NCBI GenBank assembly: GCA_964035545.1
Contig: OZ037765.1
Location: forward strand, 14,952,698 to 15,016,697
From: Bugula neritina
Lineage: Eukaryota; Animalia; Bryozoa
Length of the DNA stretch: 64,000 bases
Reading direction: 5' to 3'
The notes under the pieces are model-generated. The model had not been told where the DNA came from, ran no database searches, and saw nothing but the letters and a program-made list of their open reading frames with translations. How positions within the stretch are numbered: the first letter of the stretch is position 1; every line of letters begins with the position of its first letter. A program made the translations under genes and the position numbers. Shown in pieces: positions 46,261-62,800 of the stretch.

Positions 46261-46389
46261 ACACTGTGACACACTGAAATATACTGCAACACACCGCAAT
46301 ATACTGAAACACGCTGTAACATACTGAAATACACTGCAACATACTACAACATATTGAAATACACTGCAACACATTGAAATATACTGCAA

Positions 46390-49300
46390 CACACTGAAAT
46401 ATACTGCAACATACTGAATTACACTGTAACATATTGAAATACACTGCAATACATTGAAATTTACTGCAACACACTGAAACATACTGCAACATACTGAAAT
46501 ATACTGCAACATATCGAAGTATATTGTAATATACGGACATGTACTGTAACATACTAAAACATACTGAAACATACTGAAACATACTGAAATATACTTCAAC
46601 ATACTGAAATATACTGCAACATACTGCAACATACTGAAATGCACTGTAACATACTGAAACACACTGCAACACATTGAAACAAACTGCAACAAACCTAAAT
46701 ATACGGTAATATACTGAAATATACTGTAACACATTGAAAAACACTGCAAGATACTGAAATATGCTGTAGCACACTGAAATACACTGCAACATACTGAAAT
46801 ACACTGTAAAATACTGAAATACACTGCAACATACTGCAACATACTGAAATACACTGTAACCTACTGAAATACACTGCAACATACTACAACATACTGAAAT
46901 ACACTGTAACATTATGAATTACACTGCAACACATTGAAATATACTGCAACATACCGAAATATATGGTAAACAACTGAAATATACTGTAACACATCGAAAA
47001 ATACTGCAACATACTGAAATATACTGTAACACATTGAAATATACTGCAACATACTGAAATATACTGCAACATAGTTAACTATAATGCAAGATACTGCAAC
47101 ATTCTGAAATACACTGTGACATATTGAAATACACTGCAACATACTGCAACATACTGCAGCATACTGAAATACACTGTAACATATTGAAGTGCACTGCAAC
47201 ACATTGAAATATACTGCAACACACTGAAACATACGGCAACATACTGAAGTATACTGCAACACATTGAAAAATACTGCAACATACCGAAATATATGGTAAA
47301 CTACTGAAATATACTGTAACACATTGAAAAAAACTGCAACATACTGAAACATACTGTAACACACTGAAATATACTGCAAAATACTGAAATACACTGTAAC
47401 ATACTGAAATACACTGTAACACACTGAAATATACTGCAACACACCGCAATATACTGAAACACGCTGTAACATACTGAAATACACTGCAACATACTACAAC
47501 ATATTGAAATACACTGCAACACATTGAAATATACTGCAACATACTGAAATACATTGTAGCATACTGAAATATACTGCAACACACTGAAGTATACTGTAAT
47601 ATACAGAAATGTACTGTAACATACTGAAACATACGTCAACATACTGAAATGTACTCCAACATGCTGAACTATACTGCAACATACTGAAATACACTGTAAT
47701 ATACTGAATTAAACTGCAACACATTGTAATATACTGCAACATACTGAATCATACAGCAACATACTGAAATATACTGCAACACATTTAAATATACTGCAAC
47801 ATATTGAAATATGCTGTAGCACCCTGAAATTCACTTCAACTTACTGAAATATAGTGTAATATACGGAATAGTACTGTAACATACTGAAATATACTGTAAC
47901 ACACTGAAATATGCTGTCACATACTCAAATATACGGTAAATTACTAGAATTATACTGCAACATACTGCAACATACAGAATTACACTGTAACATACTGATA
48001 TACACTGCTATATACTACAACATACTGAAATACACTGTAACATATTGAAATACGCTGCAACACATTGAAATATACTGCAACATACCGAAATATATAGTAA
48101 ACTACTGAAATATACTGTAACACATCGAAAAATACTGCAACATACTGAAATATACTGTAACACATTGAAATATACTGCAACATACTGAAATACATTGTAA
48201 CATACTGAAATATACTGCAACATACTGCAACATACTGAAATACACTGTAACATACTGAAATACACTGCAACATACTGCGACATACTGAAATACATTGGAA
48301 CATATTGAAACACACTAGAACACATTGAAATATACTGCAACACACTGAAACATACAGCAACATACTGAAATATACTGCAACATAGTTAACTATAATGCAA
48401 GATACTGCAACATTCTGAAATACACTGTCACATATTGAAATACACTGCAACATACTGCAACATACTGCAGCATACTGAAATACACTGTAACATATTGAAG
48501 TGCACTGCAACACATTGAAATATACTGCAACACACTGAAACATACGGCAACATACTGAAGTATACTGCAACACATTGAAAAATACTGCAACATACCGAAA
48601 TATATGGTAAACTACTGAAATATACTGTAACACATTGAAAAAAACTGCAACATACTGAAATATACTGTAACACACTGAAATATACTGCAAAATACTGAAA
48701 TACACTGTAACATACTGAAATATAACTGCAACATACTGCAGCATACTGAAATACAATGTAACATACTGAAATACACTGCAACATACTGCGACATACTGAA
48801 ATACATTGGAACATATTGAAACACACTACAACACATTGAAATATACTGCAACACACTGAAACATACAGCAACATACTGAAATATACTGCGACACATTGAA
48901 ATATACTGCAACATAGTTAACTATAATGCAAGATACTGCAACATTCTGAAATACACTGTGACATATTGAAATACACTGCAACATACTGCAACATACCGCA
49001 ACATACTGAAATACACTGTAACATATTGAAGTGCACTGCAACACATTGAAATATACTGCAACACACTGAAACATACGGCAACATACTGAAGTATACTGCA
49101 ACACATTGAAAAATACTGCAACATACCGAAATATATGGTAAACTACTGGAATATACTGTAACACATTGAAAAAAACTGCAACATACTGAAATATACTGTA
49201 ACACACTGAAATATACTGCAAAATACTGAAATACACTGTAACATACTGAAATGCACTGTGACACGCTGAAATATACTGCAACACACCGCAATATACTGAA

Positions 49301-51940
49301 ACACGCTGTAACATACTGAAATACACTGCAACATACTACAACATATTGAAATACACTGCAACACATTGAAATATACTGCAACACACTGAAACATACGGCA
49401 ACATATTGAAATATACTGCAACACATTGAAATATACTGCAACATACCGAAAATAACTGCAACTGTGCAATATAATGAAATATACTGCAAAAATACTGAAT
49501 TGTACTGCAACAATTTGAAAGTTACTGTATGATACTGACATATACTGAAACACACTGAAACATACTGCAAGATACTGCAACATACTGAAACACACTATAA
49601 CATACTGAAATACACTGCAACATACTGCAACATACTGCAACATACTGAATTACACTGTAACATATTGAAATACACTGCAATACATTGAAATTTACTGCAA
49701 CACACTGAAACATACTGCAACATACTGAAATATACTGCAACATATCGAAGTATATTGTAATATACGGACATGTACTGTAACATACTAAAACATACTGAAA
49801 CATACTGAAACATACTGAAATATACTTCAACATACTGAAATATACTGCAACACACTGCAACATACTGAAATGCACTGTAACATACTGAAACACACTGTTG
49901 AAACAAACTGCAAAAAACCTAAATATACGGTAATATACTGAAATATACTGTAACACATTGAAAAACACTGCAAGATACTGAAATATGCTGTAGCACACTG
50001 AAATACACTGCAACATACTGAAATACACTGTAAAATACTGAAATACACTGCAACATACTGCATCATACTGAAATACACTGTAACCTACTGAAATACACTG
50101 CAACATACTACAACATACTGAAATACACTGTAACATTATGAATTACACTGCAACACATTGAAATATACTGCAAAATACCGAAATATATGGTAAACAACTG
50201 AAATATACTGTAACACATCGAAAAATACTGCAACATACTGAAATATACTGTAACACATTGAAATATACTGCAACATACTTAAATATACTGCAACATAGTT
50301 AACTATAATGCAAGATACTGCAACATTCTGAAATACACTGTGACATATTGAAATACACTGCAACATACTGCAACATACTGCAGCATACTGAAATACACTG
50401 TAACATATTGAAGTGCACTGCAACACATTGAAATATACTGCAACACACTGAAACATACGGCAACATACTGAAGTATACTGCAACACATTGAAAAATACTG
50501 CAACATACCGAAATATATGGTAAACTACTGAAATATACTGTAACACATTGAAAAAAACTGCAACATACTGAAATATACTGTAACACACTGAAATATACTG
50601 CAAAATACTGAAATACACTGTAACATACTGAAATACACTGTAACACACTGAAATATACTGCAACACACCGCAATATACTGAAACACGCTGTAACATACTG
50701 AAATACACTGCAACATACTACAACATATTGAAATACACTGCAACACATTGAAATGTACTGCAACATACTGAAATACATTGTAACATACTGAAATATACTG
50801 CAACACACTGAAGTATACTGTAATATACAGAAATGTACTGTAACATACTGAAACATACGTCAACATACTGAAATGAACTCCAACATGCTGAACTATACTG
50901 CAACATACTGAAATACACTGTAATATACTGAATTAAACTGCCACACATTGCAATATACTGCAACATACTGAATCATACAGCAACATACTGAAATATACTG
51001 CAACACATTTAAATATACTGCAACACATTGAAATATGCTGTAGCACCCTGAAATGCACTGCAACTTACTGAAATATAGTGTAATATACGGAATAGTACTG
51101 TAACATACTGAAATATACTGTAACACACTGAAATATGCTGTCACATACTCAAATATACTGTAAATTACTAGAATTATACTGCAACATACTGCAACATACT
51201 GAATTACACTGTAACATACTGATATACACTGCTATATACTACAACATACTGAAATACACTGTAACATATTGAAATACGCTGCAACACATTGAAATATACT
51301 GCAACATACCGAAATATATAGTAAACTACTGAAATATACTGTAACACATCGAAAAATACTTCAACATACTGAAATATACTGTAACACATTGAAATATACT
51401 GCAACATACTGAAATACATTGTAACATACTGAAATATACTGCAACATACTGCAACATACTGAAATACACTGTGACATACTGAAATACACTGCAACATACT
51501 GCGACATACTGAAATACATTGGAACATATTGAAACACACTACAACACATTGAAATATACTGCAACACACTGAAACATACAGCAACATACTGAAATATACT
51601 GCAACATAGTTAACTATAATGCCAGATACTGCAACATTCTGAAATACACTGTCACATATTGAAATACACTGCAACATACTGCAACATACTGCAGCATACT
51701 GAAATACACTGTAACATATTGAAGTGCACTGCAACACATTGAAATATACTGCAACACACTGAAACATACGGCAACATACTGAAGTATACTGCAACACATT
51801 GAAAAATACTGCAACATACCGAAATATATGGTAAACTACTGAAATATACTGCAACACATTGAAAAAAACTGCAACATACTGAAATATACTGTAACACACT
51901 GAAATATACTGCAAAATACTGAAATACACTGTAGCATACT
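46390..51940. repeat. ~3,224-bp-offset satellite block duplication (boundaries approximate)
   Basis: Landmarks at 47944/51168 and ORF artefacts at 46912/50136 and 47980/51204 all have offset 3224. The shared CATACTAAAA variant lies near 46550 and 49781. Confidence 0.75.
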
Positions 51941-52879
51941 GAAATACACTGTAACACACTGAAATATACTGCAACACACCGCAATATACTGAAACACGCT
52001 GTAACATACTGAAATACACTGCAACATACTACAACATATTGAAATACACTGCAACACATTGAAATATACTGCAACACACTGAAACATACGGCACCATACT
52101 GAAATATACTGCAACACACTGAAACATACGGCAACATACTGAAATATACTGCAAAACATTGAAATATACTGCTACATACTGAAACATGCTGTAGCATACT
52201 GAAATACACTGCAACACACTGAAGTATACTGTAATATACAGAAATGTACTGTAACATACTGAAACATACGTCAACATACTGAAATGTACTCCAACATGCT
52301 GGACTATATTGCAACATACTGAAATACACTGTAATATACTGAATTAAACTGCAACACATTGTAATATACTGCAACATACTGAATCATACAGCAACATACT
52401 GAAATATACTGCAACACATTTAAATATACTGCAACATATTGAAATATGCTGTAGCACCCTGAAATTCACTGCAACTTACTGAAATATAGTGTAATATACG
52501 GAATAGTACTGTAACATACTGAAATATACTGTAACACACTGAAATATGCTGTCACATACTGAAATATACTGTAAATTACTAGAATTATACTGCAACATAC
52601 TGCAACATACTGAATTACACTGTAACATACTGATATACACTGCTATATAGTACAACATACTGAAATACACTGTAACATATTGAAATACGCTGCAACACAT
52701 TGAAATATACTGCAACATACCGAAATATATAGTAAACTACTGAAATATACTGTAACACATCGAAAAATACTGCAACATACTGAAATATACTGTAACACAT
52801 TGAAATATACTGCAACATACTGAAATACATTGTAACATACTGAAATATACTGCAACACACTGAAGTATACTGTAATATA

Positions 52880-54985
52880 CAGAAATGTACTGTAACATAC
52901 TGAAACATACGTCAACATACTGAAATGTACTCCAACATGCTGAACTATACTGCAACCTACTGAAATACACTGTAATATACTGAATTAAACTGCAACACAT
53001 TGTAATATACTGCAACATACTGAATCATACAGCAACATACTGAAATATACTGCAACACATTTAAATATACTGCAACAAGTTGAAATATGCTGTAGCACCC
53101 TGAAATTCACTGCAACTTACTGAAATATAGTGTAATATACGGAATAGTACTGTAACATACTGAAATATACTGTAACACACTGAAATATGCTGTCACATAC
53201 TCAAATATACTGTAAATTACTAGAATTATACTGCAACATACTGCAACATACTGAATTACACTGTAACATACTGATATACACTGCTATATACTACAACATT
53301 CTGAAATACACTGTAACATATTGAAATACGCTGCAACACATTGAAATATACTGCAACATACCGAAATATATAGTAAACTACTGAAATATACTGTAACACA
53401 TTGAAAAACACTGCAAGATACTGAAATATACTGCAAAAATACTGAAATGTACTGCAACAATTTGAAAGTTACTGTATGATACTGACATATACTGAAACAC
53501 ACTGAAACATACTGCAAGATACTGCAGCATACTGAAACACACTATAACATACTGAAATACACTGCAACATACTGCAACATACTGCAACATACTGAATTAC
53601 ACTGTAACATATTGAAATACACTGCAATACATTGAAATTTACTGCAACACACTGAAACATACTGCAACATACTGAAATATACTGCAACATATCGAAGTAT
53701 ATTGTAATATACGGACATGTACTGTAACATACTGAAACATACTGAAACATACTGAAACATACTGAAATATACTTCAACATACTGAAATATACTGCAACAT
53801 ACTGCAACATACTGAAATACACTGTAACATACTGAAACACACTGCAACACATTGAAACAAACTGCAACAGACCTACATATACGGTAATATACTGAAATAT
53901 ACTGTAACACATTGAAAAACACTGCAAGATACTGAAATGTACTGTAACATACTGAAACATACGTCAACATACTGAAATGTACTCCAACATGCTGAACTAT
54001 ACTGCAATATACTGAAATACACTGTAATATACTGAATTAAACTGCAACACATTGTAATATACTGCAACATACTGAATCATACAGCAACATACTGAAATAT
54101 ACTGCAACACATTTAAATATACTGCAACAAGTTGAAATATGCTGTAGCACCCTGAAATCCACTGCAACTTACTGAAATATAGTGTAATATACGGAATAGT
54201 ACTGTAACATACTGAAATATACTGTAACACACTGAAATATGCTGTCACATACTCAAATATACTGTAAATTACTAGAATTATACTGCAACATACTGCAACA
54301 TACTGAATTACACTGTAACATACTGATATACACTGCTATATACTACAACATACTGAAATACACTGTAACATATTGCAATACGCTGCAACACATTGAAATA
54401 TACTGCAACATACCGAAATATATAGTAAACTACTGAAATATACTGTAACACATTGAAAAACACTGCAAGATACTGAAATATACTGCAAAAATACTGAAAT
54501 GTACTGCAACAATTTGAAAGTTACTGTATGATACTGACATATACTGAAACACACTGAAACATACTGCAAGATACTGCAGCATACTGAAACACACTATAAC
54601 ATACTGAAATACACTGCAACATACTGCAACATACTGCAACATACTGAATAACACTGTAACATATTGAAATACACTGCAATACATTGAAATTTACTGCAAC
54701 ACACTGAAACATACTGCAACATACTGAAATATACTGCAACATATCGAAGTATATTGTAATATACGGACATGTACTGTAACATACTGAAACATACTGAAAC
54801 ATACTGAAACATACTGAAATATACTTCAACATACTGAAATATACTGCAACATACTGCAACATACTGAAATACACTGTAACATACTGAAACACACTGCAAC
54901 ACATTGAAACAAACTGCAACAGACCTAAATATACGGTAATATACTGAAATATACTGTAACACATTGAAAAACACTGCAAGATACT
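52880..54985. repeat. ~1,052-bp tandem duplication of satellite (boundaries approximate)
   Basis: The private variant TGCAACAAGTTGAAA occurs at 53071 and 54123, and CTAGAATT at 53220 and 54272. Confidence 0.8.
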
Positions 54986-55170
54986 GAAATATGCTGTAGC
55001 ACACTGAAATACACTGCAACATACTGAAATACACTGTAAAATACTGAAATACACTGCAACATACTGCAACATACTGAAATACACTGTAACCTACTGAAAT
55101 ACACTGCAACATACTACAACATACTGAAATACACTGTAACATTATGAATTACACAGCAACACATTGAAAT

Positions 55171-56740
55171 TAGTAAATCAACCAGCCAAAGCATGGACTG
55201 ATATAAAGAAAATAAGTGGTCTACCACACAGCAAGACAACTACTGCTAAAGCTAACCCATTTACACCTGATGACCTAAATACCTTCTTCACCCGATATGA
55301 AAAGCCTATATCTCATCAGCCTGTTTTTGATAGAAACATTATCAGTGCACCTCCATTGGAAATATCAGAAGACGCTGTTCTCAAACAGCTAAAGGGACTA
55401 AACTCACGAAAAGGTGCAGGTCCTGATGGTCTCATTCCGAAAGTTTTAAAAATCTGCTGCTATCAACTAGCACCTGTCTTTACAAAACTGTTTACGTTCT
55501 CCATCCAATCTAAGACAACTCCAAATTCATGGAAATCTGCAATGATCAAGCCACTTCCTAAAGTCAAAAATCCTGAACTACTTAAACAATATCGTCCAAT
55601 TGCTCTCACAAGCTGTATATGCAAAATGCTGGAAAGGCTCATCAAACACTACATTATAACTCATACACCTATGGACAAATATCAGTTCGCATATCGTACA
55701 AATCGCTCTACACAAGATGCGCTGTTATGTCTAACTACAACTGTGACAAGTTTCATTGATAAGAAAGCATCCAATTACGCAAGGTGCCTCTTTCTAGACT
55801 TCTCTTCTGCATTCAATACTATATCTATTCCAGACCTCATTACGCAACTAACTCATCTTGACTCCAATGTTACTGAGTGGATTTACAGCTTTCTTACAAA
55901 CAGAGTACAGCGCACAGTAGTGGATGGCATAACATCAAATCCAATCATAACTAACACAGGAACTCCCCAAGGGTGCTGTTTATCTCCACTATTGTTTTCT
56001 ATCTACACTAATAGGATTACCTCAAGCCAGAGCAACATCACCGTAATTAAATATGCAGATGACACTTGCATTATTGGCTGCATTGGCAAACAGTCTGATC
56101 TAAATATTTACTTTGACGAGATTAAAAGAATTTCTAAGCAATGTGATGATTTAAATCTATTATTAAACCCTAGTAAGACCCAAGAAATGATGTTCTCAAC
56201 CCAACGTGCTAAACCTCATACCCCTACTCTCGTATTGAATGGAACAAACATTGTATTGTCTGAAAAAGTGAGATATCTTGGTGTGTTAGTGGATCAGAAT
56301 TTGAGATTTCATGAACATGTACAATCAGTAGTAACATCAGCATCAAGAAGAATGTATATTGTGAAGAATTTTTCGTATCTTAGCTCTAAACCTCTAGCAA
56401 ATATGCTATTCAAAAGTTTCATCATGTCCTGCATCGCCTATTGTCTACCTACCTACCTACTATTTTTACTTGTATCTATGCCAGTGATAAAAAGGCTATT
56501 CGAAGAATTCTCAAAGATTGCTCAAAACTCGGAATTAAGTATCTAAACATTGATTTGCACATTCAGAAACTCACTAAAGAACTTGCCATCAAATATATAA
56601 CAGACAATGACCATTTCATCAATAACTTTCTTAGTCAATGCCCTTCTGGAAGATATCGAACCATAAAATATAGAGGGGCATGGAGCAGAGATAGCTTCTT
56701 GCGACATCTTGTAAATACTTTGAATGAGCTTTTATTTTAA
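55171..56740 (+). pseudogene. Truncated, frameshifted reverse transcriptase (LINE pol/ORF2 C-terminal ~520 codons)
   Basis: ORFs 55164-56546 and 56441-56740 overlap at (CTAC)4 (56445-56460). Removing 8 bp joins them (...AYCLPTIFTCIYASDKKAIRRIL...) through to TAA at 56738-56740. The TTG 'start' at 55164 is satellite sequence. Confidence 0.9.
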
Positions 56741-56847
56741 ATAATCCAACAGAGTTTTGATTTTTTCTCTTATTTTTGTTCATTCCTACTTATTATAGCC
56801 AGTATTTACACTGAATTTTGCAACGTGTTGTCATGTTTAAGATATGT

Positions 56848-56870
56848 AATAAATCAATCAATCAATCAAT
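56848..56870 (+). other. LINE 3' end: AATAAA plus (TCAA)4 tandem-repeat tail
   Basis: AATAAA at 56848-56853 and TCAA x4 at 56854-56869. Short tandem-repeat tails are typical of the Rex1/L2/CR1 group. Confidence 0.85.
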
Positions 56871-59800
56871 ACCGAAATATATGGTAAACAACTGAAATAT
56901 ACTGCAAAAATACTGAAATATACTGTAACATACTGAAAGATACTGCAACATACTGAAATACACTGTAACATACTGAAATAAACGGCAACATACTGCAACA
57001 TACTGTATTACACTGTAACATCTTGAAATACACTGCAACACATTGAAAGTTACTGCAACATACTGAAACATACTGCAACGTACTGAAATATACTGCAACA
57101 TATCGAAGTATATCGTAATATACGGACATGCACTGTAACATACTGAAACATACTGAAACATACTGAAACATACTGAAACATACTGAAATATACTGGAACG
57201 TACCGAAATATACTTCAACATACTAAAATACACTGCAACATACTGCACCATACTGAAATACACTGCAACACATTGAAGTATACTGTAATATACAGAAATG
57301 TACTGTAACATACTGAAACATACGTCAACATACTGAAATGTACTGCAACATGCCGAACTATACTGCAAGATACTGAAACATACTGCAACATACTGAAATA
57401 TACTGCAACATATCGAAGTATATCGTAATATACGGACATGCACTGTAACATATTGAAACATACTGAAACATACTGAAATATACTGGAACATACCAAAATA
57501 TACTTCAACATATTAAAATATATTGCAACATACTGCAACATACTGAAACACACTGTAACATACTGAAATACACTGCAACACATCGGAATAAACTGCAACA
57601 TACCTAAATATACGGTAATATACTCAAATATATTGTTCACATTGAAAAACACTGCAACATACTGAAACTTGCTGTAGCACAGTGAAATTCAGTGCAACCC
57701 ACTGAAATATAGTGTAATATACGGAAATGTACTTTAACATACTGAAATATACTGTAACACACTGGAATATACTGTCACATACTGAAATACACTGTAAAAT
57801 ACTGAAATATATTGCAACATAGTGCAACATACTGAAATACACTGTAATCTACTGATATACACTGCAATATACTACAACATACTGAAATACACTGTAGCAT
57901 ATTGAAATACGCTGCAACACATTGAAATATACTGCAACATACCGAAATATATGGTAAACTACGGAAATATACTGTATCACATTGAAAAATACTGCAACAT
58001 ACTGAAATATGCTGTAACACACTGAAATATACTGCAAAATACTGAAATACACTGTAACATACTGAAATATACTGCAACATACTGAAATACACTGTAACAT
58101 ACTGAAATATACTGCAACATACTGCAACATACTGAAATACACTGTAACGTACTGAAATACACAGCAACATACTGCAACATACTGCAACATACTGCAACAT
58201 ACTGAAATACGCTGCAACATATTGAATTACACTGCAACACATTGAAATATACTGCAACACACTGAAACATACGGCAACATACTGAAATATACTGCAACAC
58301 ACTGAAACATGCGGCAACATACTGAAATATACTGCAAAACATTGAAATATACTGCTACATACTGAAACATGCTGTAGCATACTGAAATACACTGCAACAC
58401 ACTGAAGTATACTGTAATATACAGAAATGTACTGTAACATACTGAAACATACGTCAACATACTGAAATGTACTCCAACATGCTGAACTATACTGCAACAT
58501 ACTGAAATACACTGTAATATACGGAATTAAACTGCAACACATTGCAATATACTGCAACATACTGAATCATACGGCAACATACTGAAATATACTGCAACAC
58601 ATTGAAATATACTGCAACATATTGAAATATGCTGTAGCACCCTGAAATTCACTGCAACTTACTGAAATATAGTGTAATATACGGAATAGTACTGTAACAT
58701 ACTGAAATATACTGTAACACACTGAAATATGCTGTCACATACTGAAATATACTGTAAATTACTAGAATTATACTGCAACATACTGCAACATACTAAAAAT
58801 ACACTGTAACCTACTGATATACACTGCAATATACTACAACATACTGAAATACACTGTAACATATTGAAATACGCTGCAACACATTGAAATATACTGCAAC
58901 ATACCGAAATACATGGTAAACTACTGAAATATACCGTAACACATCGAAAAATACTGCAACATACTGAAATATACTGTAACACACTGAAACATACTGCAAC
59001 TTACTGAAATACATTGTAACATACTGAAATATACTGCAACATACTGCAACATACTGAAATACACTGTAACATACTGATATACACTGCTATATACTACAAC
59101 ATACTGAAATACACTGTAACATATTGAAATACGCTGCAACACATTGAAATATACTGCAACATACCGAAATATATAGTAAACTACTGAAATATACTGTAAC
59201 ACATCGAAAAATACTGCAACATACTGAAATATACTGTAACACACTGAAATATACTGCAACATACTGAAATACATTGTAACATACTGAAATATACTGCAAC
59301 ATACTGCAACATACTGAAATACACTGTAACATACTGAAATACACTGCAACATACTGCGACATACTGAAATACATTGGAACATATTGAAACACACTACAAG
59401 ACATTGAAATATACTGCAACACACTGAAACATACAGCAACATACTGAAATATACTGCGACACATTGAAATATACTGCAACATAGTTAACTATAATGCAAG
59501 ATACTGCAACATTCTGAAATACACTGTGACATATTGAAATACACTGCAACATACTGCAACATACTGCAACATACTGAAATACACTGTAACATATTGAAGT
59601 GCACTGCAACACATTGAAATGTACTGCAACACACTGAAACATACGGCAACATACTGAAGTACACTGCCACACATTGAAAAATACTGCAACATACCGAAGT
59701 ATATGGTAAACTACTGAAATATACTGTAACACATTGAAAAAAACTGCAACATACTGAAATATACTGTAACACACTGAAATATACTGCAAAATACTGAAAT

Positions 59801-62800
59801 ACACTGTAACATACTGAAATACACTGTGACACACTGAAATATACTGCAACACACCGCAATATACTGAAACACGCTGTAACATACTGAAATACACTGCAAC
59901 ATACTACAACATATTGAAATACACTGCAACACATTGAAATATACTGCAACACACTGAAACATACGGCAACATATTGAAATATACTGCAACACATTGAAAT
60001 ATACTGCAACATACCGAAAATAACTGCAACTGTGCAATATAATGAAATATACTGCAAAAATACTGAATTGTACTGCAACAATTTGAAAGTTACTGTATGA
60101 TACTGACATATACTGAAACACACTGAAACATACTGCAAGATACTGCAACATACTGAAACACACTATAACATACTGAAATACACTGCAACATACTGCAACA
60201 TACTGCAACATACTGAATTACACTGTAACATATTGAAATACACTGCAATACATTGAAATTTACTGCAACACACTGAAACATACTGCAACATACTGAAATA
60301 TACTGCAACATATCGAAGTATATTGTAATATACGGACATGTACTGTAACATACTGAAACATACTGAAACATACTGAAACATACTGAAATATACTTCAACA
60401 TACTGAAATATACTGCAACATACTGCAACATACTGAAATGCACTGTAACATACTGAAACACACTGCAACACATTGAAACAAACTGCAACAAACCTAAATA
60501 TACGGTAATATACTGAAATATACTGTAACACATTGAAAAACACTGGAAGATACTGAAATATGCTGTAGCACACTGAAATACACTGCAACATACTGAAATA
60601 CACTGTAAAATACTGAAATACACTGCAACATACTGCAACATACTGAAATACACTGTAACCTACTGAAATACACTGTTACATACTACAACATACTGAAATA
60701 CACTGTAACATTATGAATTACACTGCAACACATTGAAATATACTGCAACATACCGAAATATATGGTAAACAACTGAAATATACTGTAACACATCGAAAAA
60801 TACTGCAACATACTGAAATATACTGTAACACATTGAAATATACTGCAACATACTGAAATATACTGCAACATAGTTAACTATAATGCAAGATACTGCAACA
60901 TTCTGAAATACACTGTGACATATTGAAATACACTGCAACATACTGCAACATACTGCAGCATACTGAAATACACTGTAACATATTGAAGTGCACTGCAACA
61001 CATTGAAATATACTGCAACACACTGAAACATACGGCAACATACTGAAGTATACTGCAACACATTGAAAAATACTGCAACATACCGAAATATATGGTAAAC
61101 TACTGAAATATACTGTAACACATTGAAAAAAACTGCAACATACTGAAATATACTGTAACACACTGAAATATACTGCAAAATACTGAAATACACTGTAACA
61201 TACTGAAATACACTGTAACACACTGAAATATACTGCAACACACCGCAATATACTGAAACACGCTGTAACATACTGAAATACACTGCAACATACTACAACA
61301 TATTAAAATACACTGCAACACATTGAAATATACTGCAACACACTGAAACATACGGCAACATATTGAAATATACTGCAACACATTGAAATATACTGCAACA
61401 TACCGAAAGTAACTGCAACTGTGCAATATAATGAAATATACTGCAAAAATACTGAAATGTACTGCAACAATTTGAAAGTTACTGTAGGATACTGACATAT
61501 ACTGAAACACACTGAAACATACTGCAAGATACTGCAACATACTGAAACACACTATAACATACTGAAATACACTGCAACATACTGCAACATACTGCAACAT
61601 ACTGAATTACACTGTAACATATTGAAATACACTGCAATACATTGAAATTTACTGCAACACACTGAAACATACTGCAACATACTGAAATATACTGCAACAT
61701 ATCGAAGTATATTGTAATATACGGACATGTACTGTAACATACTGAAACATACTGAAACATACTGAAATATACTTCAACATACTGAAATATACTGCAACAT
61801 ACTGCAACATACTGAAATACACTGTAACATACTGAAACACACTGCAACACATTGAAACAAACTGCAACAGACCTAAATATACGGTAATATACTGAAATAT
61901 ACTGTAACACATTGAAAAACACTGCAAGATACTGAAATATGCTGTAGCACACTGAAATACACTGCAACATACTGAAATACACTGTAAAATACTGAAATAC
62001 ACTGCAACATACTGCAACATACTGAAATACACTGTAACCTACTGAAATACACTGCAACATACTACAACATACTGAAATACACTGTAACATTATGAATTAC
62101 ACAGCAACACATTGAAATATACTGCAATATACCGAAATATATGGTAAACAACTGAAATATACTGCAAAAATACTGAAATATACTGTAACATACTGAAAGA
62201 TACTGCAACATACTGAAATACACTGTAACATACTGAAATAAACGGCAACATACTGCAACATACTGTATTACACTGTAACATCTTGAAATACACTGCAACA
62301 CATGTAAAGTTACTGCAACATACTGAAACATACTGCAACATACTGAAATATACTGCAACATATCGAAGTATATCGTAATATACGGACATGCACTGTAACA
62401 TACTGAAACATACTGAAACATACTGAAACATACTGAAACATACTGAAATATACTGGAACGTATCGAAATATACTTCAACATACTAAAATACACTGCAACA
62501 TACTGCACCATACTGAAATACACTGCAACACATTGAAGTATACTGTAATATACAGAAATGTACTGTAACATACTGAAACATACGTCAACATACTGAAATG
62601 TACTGCAACATGTCGAACTATACTGCAAGACACTGAAACATACTGCAACATACTGAAACATACTGCGACATATCGAAGTATATCATAATATACGGACATG
62701 CACTGTAACATACTGAAACATACTGAAACATACTGAAATATACTGGAACATACCAAAATATACTTCAACATATTAAAATATACTGCAACATACTGAAACA

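Larger units (their letters stand above)
14784..55170. repeat. 10-bp-monomer satellite array, segment 2
   Basis: Same decamer family and orientation. It resumes in register after the transposon: 14784 onward matches 5724 onward at offset 9060. Confidence 0.99.
55171..56870 (+). mobile_element. 5'-truncated non-LTR retrotransposon (LINE), Rex1/Babar clade
   Basis: RT motifs typical of Rex1 are present: DDLNTFFTRYE, KGAGPDG, YRPIALTS, QFAYRTNRSTQDA, LFLDFSSAFNTI, TGTPQGCCLSPLLF, KYADD, RYLGV, and C-terminal PSGRYR...DSF. There is a short 3'UTR, AATAAA and a (TCAA)4 tail. The endonuclease domain is absent because of the 5' truncation. Confidence 0.9.

Noticed and set aside
55463-55645. 60-aa minus-strand ORF
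   Set aside because: Antisense shadow of the RT frame.
55164-56546. Intact 460-aa RT gene, telomerase, or retron/group II intron RT
   Set aside because: The start codon comes from satellite sequence, the element is 5'-truncated and frameshifted, and the motifs and tail are those of a Rex1-type LINE.
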